This document shows positions 20,938-27,571 of a DNA stretch of 64,000 bases, piece after piece. Every line of letters begins with the position of its first letter. The first letter of the stretch is position 1. The notes beneath the pieces are model-generated. The model made no database searches. It was not told the DNA's origin and saw only the letters and a program-made list of their open reading frames with translations. Source of the stretch: Ruthenibacterium lactatiformans. Lineage in GTDB: Bacteria; Actinomycetota; Coriobacteriia; Coriobacteriales; QAMH01. Position numbers and translations under genes: made by a program. The DNA lies in contig CAVECB010000002.1 of the NCBI GenBank assembly GCA_963614215.1, forward strand, positions 18,055 through 82,054, written 5' to 3'.

Positions 20938-21804
20938 ATGTTACACAAGCACAGAGCGCAAGGGTCCTCCCCCGTGCGTCCGGACGTCGAGGACATCAGG
21001 ACATGGAATGCGTTCATGCTCGACGGGGCAAAATACGACAGGCACGACATCCCAAGGTGCCCAACGACAGCGCGACACGTCCCCGAGCACATGATCACCT
21101 GGCGCGAAGCAAAAGAAATGTACAACGACGCCATGCGCCGAAGAGACGCGAGCTTTTTCTGCGACGCGTTCGTGTGTTTCTACCTCGATGATTATCGTTT
21201 CGACGGCCCGAAAAAAGGGATATGGACATGCCCGGAATCCGTCGAGAGAACACTGCGCCATTTTGACGGGGTCGTCACTCCCGATTTTTCGACATACCAA
21301 GACTTCCCCGAATTCCTGAAGGGCTACAACACGTTGCGTATGCGCCAGTTCGGATACTGGCTGGGGCGTCTCGGACACCAGGTCGTGAACAACGTGCGCT
21401 GGGGCACGAGCGAAACCTGGGATTACTGTTTCAATGGAATCGACAGAAACTCCATGGTCTGCGTGGGAACTGTCGGCGGCAACCCCAAAAAGCTCGAAGA
21501 CAGGGCGCGTTTCAACAACGGGTTTTATGAAATGATAAAACGCCTGCAGCCAAACTGTATTCTTGTGTACGGATCGAGCAGGTACCCGTGTTTTGAGAAA
21601 GCTCGCGCTTCTGGAATCCGAATCGTCTCCTATGAAGGGAAAACATCGAAGAGTTTCGGCAGGATTCAAAAAGCAAGGTCGTCTATGACGGCTTGCTCGG
21701 CAACCACAAAAATCCTTCCATGGACGTCGGCACCCTGCACCGTCTACCATGCAGCGTCCTGTCGGAAACAAGGGGTTTCCCCGCTCCTTCGAACGAACGG
21801 GTGA
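20938..21804 (+). CDS. DUF4417 domain protein
   Basis: GVVTPDFSTYQDFP ... YNTLRMRQFGYWLGRLGHQVVNNVRWGTSETWDYCFNGI ... ILVYGSS matches my memory of the DUF4417 pattern. The last approximately 40 codons (C/S/T/A-rich) read antisense through the convergent ORF and are probably not native. Confidence 0.6.
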   Translation: MLHKHRAQGSSPVRPDVEDIRTWNAFMLDGAKYDRHDIPRCPTTARHVPEHMITWREAKEMYNDAMRRRDASFFCDAFVCFYLDDYRFDGPKKGIWTCPESVERTLRHFDGVVTPDFSTYQDFPEFLKGYNTLRMRQFGYWLGRLGHQVVNNVRWGTSETWDYCFNGIDRNSMVCVGTVGGNPKKLEDRARFNNGFYEMIKRLQPNCILVYGSSRYPCFEKARASGIRIVSYEGKTSKSFGRIQKARSSMTACSATTKILPWTSAPCTVYHAASCRKQGVSPLLRTNG

Positions 21805-22342
21805 CATGCGTCTGAAATGTCGTGTCGACGCAAATGACGATAATGCTCTTCTCACGTCTTCTGTTTTCAAATCCACGGGCGAAAATATCCCCGGAAACCA
21901 AAGACAGGGAAGCCGTACCGCGTTTCCACAGGCAAGACTCCCGCCTTTGTCTGTTGTTCGTCCTCGTCGCAAACAACACAGAGGAAGCCAGAAGCAGTGC
22001 GCTGTCTTCATCTATCTCGGCAAGAGCATCGAGCGCTTCCTTTTGAGCCGTCTGATCGCAAAGGGAAGCGATACCCCCTTTTAAGGAGACAAAATCCTCC
22101 TCGTCGAGCAAATCGTTGACAAAGCCCTCGTATTCCCGTGCAAGCCTTTTTGGAATCTCGATATGCTCTGCCGCCGTACGCAAAACCGTCGGCACATCGT
22201 CTTTTCCAGCAAGTATGCGACTGGTCCTAGATTTGTCGAAATGAATAGGGTCACCATTTTTATTGTGTGCTCCGTCTAGCCGCAGCAGCGGCTGAACCAT
22301 CTCGTTGAAGAGTCGTTCATTCGAGACATCAGACACACACAA
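21683..22342 (-). pseudogene. Partner of the TIR-like gene; possible truncated Macro-type (ThsA-like) effector
   Basis: 219-aa ORF overlapping the TIR stop. It has an uncharacterised helical N-terminal region, followed by SIIVICVDTTFQTHVTRSFEGAGKPLVSDRTLHG, which resembles the start of a Macro-type domain. The ORF ends about 20 codons later, inside the convergent DUF4417 ORF, and no alternative frame continues the domain. Confidence 0.35.
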
Positions 22343-22829
22343 ATCTTAAAGCAACGGCCAACCAGTTTTTCTCCATGGGAATATGCAGCGAGGGAACCAT
22401 GTCCATGTATTCCGCAAAATGCGGAATCCTCTTCCAAATCGAAATCAGCTCCTCGCAGGGATGCTCGGACAGGCCGCCCTCGGGATAAACTACGATTACG
22501 GGTAATCCAAGTTCGCCGATGCCGTACCTCAGCTCTTCGGAAAGGGCGCGGCTCGCCCGCGTGTGGGTACTCAGAATCAAAATGATGTTTTTTGAGGCCC
22601 TGAGCCTTTCGTGCAAACGCGGCTTCAGGGTGTGTTCCCAGTCGCTATCATCGCGCACTCCATAGGTTTTCTCGTGTGCATCTATGAAAGGAAAGGAGCT
22701 GTCCTCTGCTTTCCACGCCGTTAAAATCCGGTAGTAACAGAAATCGTACGCTCCGTTCGGGCCGAGGTTTCCCGACGAAAACTGCTCATCCACGTAAAAT
22801 GCCACGTAGTTAGCATTTCTATACCCCAT
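22329..22829 (-). CDS. TIR-like domain protein (DUF1863/ThsB-type)
   Basis: 166 aa. YRNANYVAFYVD, YYRILTAWK, FIDAHEKTYGVRDDSDWE, KPRLHERLRASKNIILILS and ELGLPVIVVY match the DUF1863 TIR-like pattern as I remember it. Confidence 0.65.
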   Translation of the reverse strand: MGYRNANYVAFYVDEQFSSGNLGPNGAYDFCYYRILTAWKAEDSSFPFIDAHEKTYGVRDDSDWEHTLKPRLHERLRASKNIILILSTHTRASRALSEELRYGIGELGLPVIVVYPEGGLSEHPCEELISIWKRIPHFAEYMDMVPSLHIPMEKNWLAVALRFVCV

Positions 22830-23063
22830 GCAATCTCCTCCGTCTCTTCACAGCCATCAAACAAAGCTCGTACAGACTCTAGCAAGAACCTCGGACACGA
22901 AAATCGAAGAAATTTTCGCGGTAAAGGGGCTGGCAGGTGGGGCATAGGCGCAGCTCTCGCAATGGCAGAATGCGAAAGCGAGAGCTCGGGATTCCCTGTT
23001 TACAGGGACCCTGGCAGCTGGTGGCATAGCGAAAGAGCTCCTCGCGCTTGCCGGACGGCTTAA

Positions 23064-25901
23064 CTAGGTGGCGGTTTTTTGGGCGTAGAGCTTGAAGAGG
23101 TGGGCGACGATGCGCTCCTCGTCGCCGCCGAAATCGACGCCGTAGGCCGCCTCCACCGCCGCATCGAGGGCAGCGTGCGCAGCCATGAGATCGGGAAAAA
23201 AGAATTCGTTGTCCGGGTCATAGAGCTTGGCAAGAGTCGCGCCGGCGCATAGGTTGCGAGCGTCAAGCACCAACTGAGCAGCTCTCTCAACACCCGCGTG
23301 CGCGGCATCAGTAGCATTGGGAAAGACAAAGCTGTTGTAAACGGCAGGTGCATAGCTGTAGCTACTTCCGAGACGCCCGGCTACTACCCGCATCCAGGCA
23401 TTGTGAAACCGCGAAGAGAGCAAGCCAAAAAGAAACAAGCTGTCCGTCGGGATGAAACGCAGCTTGTTGGACGCAATCACATTTGATTGCACATACCCAA
23501 TAGGAATATAGCGCCGCCTCTCACTCGACACCTCTGGCACGGCCAAATAATCCGTCTTAGGCTGGCGGTTCTGCGTGAACAGCATCGGCGTTGCTGCAGC
23601 CTCGCACACGGATTTAGTAGGGCTCTTAGCACGCATCTGCGCAACGGTAGCCAAACGCTCGCGAATCTCGGGAAAAGTGAAGCGAGACATGTCGGCACCG
23701 TCAAACCATAGGCACCACCTGTCTCCGCCGTTCAGAAACTCCTTGCCGCCTACATAAGGTCTAATCACCTCATTCATCACGGGATATTTCGCGATGAGTC
23801 GTGCACGCTCTGCCCCGTTCAATATGAGATTGCCGCCGTCGGTCGGCTGACTACCCTTGGTCATCTTGGGAGCGCCCAAATTAATCGGTTTACCTCGGTT
23901 TTCAATAAATACGTCAGGCGCGGCAGAAAGATATCCGTTGATATGTGCAACTTCGTGCGAACTGCCGACAGAATACAACTTCTTGGCAGAAGCATTCGCC
24001 ATGCCAAAGCCGACTATCACAACATGAACGTGTGCTCCATCATTCGAGGCGCTATTCCAAACAAAAGATGGCCAAGCGAAGTTTATTTCCACCCCACGTG
24101 ATGCGAGGTGCTTCCAGAGGATGCCGACGGATTCGCCTTGACACACCGAGTTTGTCGAGACAAAAGCGCAGCTCGCCCGTCCTCCTTCGAGATATTCAGT
24201 AGCTTTCTCGAACCAGCAACAAGCATAGTCCAATTTTCCATGAGCGGGCACATCCGTGAAAACAAGCTCCATATCCCTTTGTTGTGCTTCGTTTCGCCAC
24301 TGGTGTCCGACAAAGGGCGGGTTGCCTATGACGTAGCTCACCTCGGCGGCATCCACCACGTCGTTCCAGTCGATGCGCAAAGCATTGGCCTGCACGATGC
24401 CGCCGTAGTCTTTAAGCGGCAGCTCCTCGTAGACGCGGCGGGTGACCTTGGCCGTGTCGGCGTCGGCCTGTTTTTCGGCAATCCATAGCGCGGTGCGGGC
24501 CACGCAGCAGGCGAAATCTTCCAGCTCGATGCCGTGGAAATTCGCCAGGCTCACGAGCACGTCGCGCTCGCCCATTTCTTCAAAGCTCATACCCATCTGC
24601 TCACCGGCAAGCTCGAAGAGGATGCGGTTTTCCAGTGCACGCAGCGAAAGGTAGCTTTCCGTCAGGAAGTTGCCCGAGCCGCAGGCCGGGTCGAGCACGC
24701 ATATGCGCCCGAGCTTTTCATGCAGCTTCTTAAGCGCCTTCGTGCGGGCGCCGCTGACCCGCGATGCGGCGCAGGCCTCCTCGAACTCTGCTTGCAGCGC
24801 ATCCATGAACAGCGGGTCTATGACCTTGTGGATGTTTTGCGGGCTGGTGAAGTGCTGGCCGTTCGCGCGGCGCGCGTCGTGGGAGAGCGCACCTTCGAAA
24901 ATGGAGCCGAAGACGGTGGGGCTGACGACCGACCAGTCAAGGCTGTCGCAGCCGTCTTTCAACAAGGTCTTGCGGAACTTTTCACTCAGCGGCGGAATCT
25001 CGGTACGCTCGCGAAAGAGGCCACCGTTCATGTACGGGAGCGGCTTGAGCCACTCCTCCGCATAAGGGTCGCGGGCCTCGGGCGGCGTGTCCAGCCACAC
25101 GAAGAGGTCTTTCAGGCCGCGGCGCAGGTCGGGCGCCTTGTAGTGGTCCACGTAGTCGCGAAAAGCGTTCGGCGCCAGGAGGCCAGCGTCCTCGCAAAAC
25201 ATGAGAAACATCAGGCGCGTCATCAGCACGGAGAGTGCATGGTGGTTTTCGGACGTGTCGGCGTCGTCGAAGGAGGCTGCGGCCAGGTCGTGCAGGGCGG
25301 CCATGATTCTGCCGGCGTCTTTGGAGACGGCTTGGGCGAGGGTGGCCGGGGCCTCGCCTACGCCTTTCAGGAACTGGACGGCGGGCAGGTTTTTCGCCAG
25401 CTCGCAAAGGGGCAGGCAAAACCGCGGCTCGTTCTTGCACAAGGCGTCGTCCTCGCGGTCGTAGACCCACATCTCGGAAAAGTTGCAGGCCACGATGTAG
25501 CGCGGCTGCTCGGAGAGGTTCATGCCCTGCGCGTAGGCGAGCGCCTGCTGGGCGGGGGTGACCATGCGGCCCTGGCGTTTTTCCGGTTTCGCCAAATCGA
25601 TGCCGAGCGATTTTTGCTCGACGATGACGCCTGCCGAGGGCACCAGCACGTCGATGTAGCCCTTATGCTCGCTTGCAGCGGTGGCCACGGGCACCTCGAA
25701 GCGCAGGCGCGAGATGGCATCCGGGCAGTCCAGCACGTCTTGGAAAAAGGCAATCCAGAAGCGCTGGGTGTCTTGGTTCTCGTCGCCCTTGCCCGCCCAC
25801 TCGCGCGCGAACTTCTCCGCGTCTGCCTTCGTGCCCGCCACGTGCTCGCCCCTTTCCTTTGCGCCGCGCTTTTGGTGCCGTGCTTTTGGTGCCGTTTTCA
25901 A
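23064..25901 (-). CDS. MmeI-family type IIL restriction-modification enzyme (fused nuclease, N6-adenine methyltransferase and specificity domains)
   Basis: The N-terminus has EKFAREWAGKGDENQDTQRFW and a PD-ExK-like GYIDVLVP...VIVEQK. The methylase motif IV is VIGNPPFVG, and the size is about 925-945 aa. There is no in-frame ATG near the 5' end. The likely start is the GTG at 25841 (AAGGAAAGGGG RBS) or the TTG at 25901. Confidence 0.7.
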   Translation of the reverse strand: MKTAPKARHQKRGAKERGEHVAGTKADAEKFAREWAGKGDENQDTQRFWIAFFQDVLDCPDAISRLRFEVPVATAASEHKGYIDVLVPSAGVIVEQKSLGIDLAKPEKRQGRMVTPAQQALAYAQGMNLSEQPRYIVACNFSEMWVYDREDDALCKNEPRFCLPLCELAKNLPAVQFLKGVGEAPATLAQAVSKDAGRIMAALHDLAAASFDDADTSENHHALSVLMTRLMFLMFCEDAGLLAPNAFRDYVDHYKAPDLRRGLKDLFVWLDTPPEARDPYAEEWLKPLPYMNGGLFRERTEIPPLSEKFRKTLLKDGCDSLDWSVVSPTVFGSIFEGALSHDARRANGQHFTSPQNIHKVIDPLFMDALQAEFEEACAASRVSGARTKALKKLHEKLGRICVLDPACGSGNFLTESYLSLRALENRILFELAGEQMGMSFEEMGERDVLVSLANFHGIELEDFACCVARTALWIAEKQADADTAKVTRRVYEELPLKDYGGIVQANALRIDWNDVVDAAEVSYVIGNPPFVGHQWRNEAQQRDMELVFTDVPAHGKLDYACCWFEKATEYLEGGRASCAFVSTNSVCQGESVGILWKHLASRGVEINFAWPSFVWNSASNDGAHVHVVIVGFGMANASAKKLYSVGSSHEVAHINGYLSAAPDVFIENRGKPINLGAPKMTKGSQPTDGGNLILNGAERARLIAKYPVMNEVIRPYVGGKEFLNGGDRWCLWFDGADMSRFTFPEIRERLATVAQMRAKSPTKSVCEAAATPMLFTQNRQPKTDYLAVPEVSSERRRYIPIGYVQSNVIASNKLRFIPTDSLFLFGLLSSRFHNAWMRVVAGRLGSSYSYAPAVYNSFVFPNATDAAHAGVERAAQLVLDARNLCAGATLAKLYDPDNEFFFPDLMAAHAALDAAVEAAYGVDFGGDEERIVAHLFKLYAQKTAT

Positions 25902-25998
25902 ACGCCATGCTTTTCGGCACGCGCCCCTCGCTTCGAACGCCGCCCCGAAGCTTGCCTTCTGAGGGCAGATTGTACGGCATGGAAAAGACGGCCGGGCC

Positions 25999-26184
25999 TT
26001 ACAGAAACGCCGCCATGTAGACCGGGCAATACGCCACGGCTCCGTCGACCGAAAGATTGCCCTCGTGCAAGACGAGCGCTTCCTCGATTCCGTAATTCGC
26101 GGTGGAAAGCACCTTTCCGAGCGCCACGTGGCGCCTGTATCCCTTGCCCGATTTCACCTCCACCGGCACGACCCTGCCATTTTG
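25999..26184 (-). pseudogene. 3' remnant of an AAA+ ATPase (DUF4143-type) gene
   Basis: 61 codons: QNGRVVPVEVKSGKGYRRHVALGKVL...YCPVYMAAFL*. This is the typical C-terminus of DUF4143 ATPases. The frame opens right after a TGA at the edge of array B. Confidence 0.55.
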
Positions 26185-26270
26185 TCAATTTGCAAACATG
26201 AAAACGGGGTGATTTTGTCAATCTGCGCGCAGGAAAAGGGGGCGATTTTGTCAATCTGCGCACAGGCCCC
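26179..26270. repeat. Tandem array B, 33-bp period, about 2.8 copies
   Basis: attttgtcaat... starts at 26179, 26212 and 26245. The middle unit contains the palindrome CTGCGCGCAG. Confidence 0.85.
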
Positions 26271-26286
26271 TTCTTGCAGGCGGCTC

Positions 26287-26571
26287 CTAGCGGGTTGAAG
26301 CGTCTGCAAGCGCAAGGCGCTGCGATTTTCTCCTGACAAGGGATTCGTCGAGCAGCACCTTTATGCAAGCCTGCCTGTTGATTCCCAGATATTCCGCCTC
26401 ACGGTCGAGGTCTGTCAGCTGGCGCAAGTTGAAATCGACGTTCACCTTTTTCGTCTCGCGCACAGCAAACTCGCCGACGCTGCGCCGCGAGCCCGTGTCC
26501 AGATAGGGCGTGATATCGCCGCCTTCGTCAAACAATGCGTCGAATTCCTCGGCGCTAATCTTCTTGTTCAT
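26287..26571 (-). CDS. brnA: BrnA-like antitoxin (CopG/RHH C-terminus)
   Basis: 94 aa, downstream of BrnT and overlapping it by 17 nt. The FNLRQLTDLDREAEYLGINRQACIKVLL segment is RHH-like. Confidence 0.65.
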   Translation of the reverse strand: MNKKISAEEFDALFDEGGDITPYLDTGSRRSVGEFAVRETKKVNVDFNLRQLTDLDREAEYLGINRQACIKVLLDESLVRRKSQRLALADASTR

Positions 26572-26827
26572 ACAACTTCACCTCTTCCTTTCGAGCTCTC
26601 CTAACAGATATCAGGCGAACCGCCTCTCCCCTTAACGTGAAAATCGTCACCCACGCCTTTCCCTCCAGCTTGGAGACGAGAGCGTATCGTTTTTCGTCCT
26701 CGCTTCTCGCGTCGAGCACAATGCCTGCCTCGTCTTCCCACAGCTTTTGCGCCTCGACGAAGTCGATGCCATGTTTCGCCTTGTTTGCCGCGCTTTTATT
26801 CTCGTCAAACTCAAAGCATTGCATCAT
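26555..26827 (-). CDS. brnT: BrnT-family toxin (DUF497)
   Basis: 90 aa. FEFDENKSAANKAKHGIDFVEA ... RLISVRRARKEE is the typical BrnT pattern. Confidence 0.75.
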   Translation of the reverse strand: MMQCFEFDENKSAANKAKHGIDFVEAQKLWEDEAGIVLDARSEDEKRYALVSKLEGKAWVTIFTLRGEAVRLISVRRARKEEVKLYEQED

Positions 26828-26850
26828 GCATACCCCCTAGGTATACAAAA

Positions 26851-26859
26851 AGTATATCA
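26851..26859 (-). promoter_or_regulatory. Candidate extended -10 promoter of brnTA
   Basis: On the minus strand, TGATATACT (TGnTATACT) lies about 24 nt upstream of the brnT ATG. It is overlapped by the inverted repeat TATAC-TTTTT-GTATA. Confidence 0.35.
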
Positions 26860-26946
26860 CAACCGCAATCCCTGAATTGCATGAAGCTTTTCGGCGGATT
26901 ACAAAGCAAAGCTGCCATACACGGGCAGGTGGGTGTAAACCGGCAA

Positions 26947-27381
26947 TTAGTAGTTCAGCCCGAAGCACCACAGTGGGATAGTGTGCGCGAACGGCGCCTC
27001 AATCCCATCCTTGGCAAGGTAGGCGTGCTCCACCCCCCGCACCTGCTCTGCAATCTTGTTCCTGCCGCCCACCTCGAACGTAAGGCCGTCAATCTCGAAA
27101 TCAGACACGAGCGAGGCGCACACCCTGTTGTTCACACGCATCTGGTTCAGGAAAAACGTCTCGCGCACGCTGCCCACATTCGCGCCGCTGCCCGCGAGAA
27201 CGTGCACGAGCACCGGATTGTCCAGATATACCTTCTTCACCTTGCCCAAATCGGCAAAGCCCGAGTAAGCGCTTCGCAGCCGCGCTATCATCCCCGCATC
27301 TTCCATGAGAGCCAGGTATTCGTTCACGCTGTTGCGGCTGGCCTCTATTCTCTTCGCCAGTTTCGAGACGTTCCACGATGG
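26947..27381 (-). pseudogene. 3' half of a second AAA+ ATPase (DUF4143-type) gene
   Basis: The open frame WNVSKLAKRIEASRNSVNEYLALMEDAGMI ... FEVGGRNK ... IPLWCFGLNY* covers the wHTH and C-terminal part of such ATPases. The N-terminal ATPase half is absent. The frame opens after a TAG at 27382-27384, at the edge of array C. Confidence 0.6.
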
Positions 27382-27383
27382 CT

Positions 27384-27515
27384 ACTGCTCTGCGCGCTGA
27401 GCAGTTTTAGGGAAAAATTGCTCTCTGCGCTGAGCAGTTTTAGGGAAAAATTGCTCTCTGCGTTGAGCAGTTTTAGGGAAAAATTGCTCTGTGCGTTGAA
27501 CACTTTTGGAGCGCA
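27384..27515. repeat. Tandem array C, 33-bp period, about 3.5-4 copies
   Basis: tgagcagttttagggaaaaattgctct starts at 27398, 27431 and 27464, with a degenerate copy at 27497. Each unit holds a 10-bp imperfect hairpin, GAGCAGTTTT-AGGGA-AAAATTGCTC. Confidence 0.9.
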
Positions 27516-27571
27516 GTAAAACTGTATCTCGGAGGCTGTAAGCAGGCGCTTTTTCGGATTGGCGCAGATGA

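Noticed and set aside
19454-27515. The 33-bp arrays considered as CRISPR arrays.
   Set aside because: The units are directly tandem with no spacers, there are only 2-4 copies, and no cas genes are nearby.
19317-27571. Calling the island a prophage, ICE or transposon.
   Set aside because: There is no integrase, transposase, relaxase or phage structural gene, no flanking tRNA and no terminal direct repeats. Only an unspecified accessory island is supportable.
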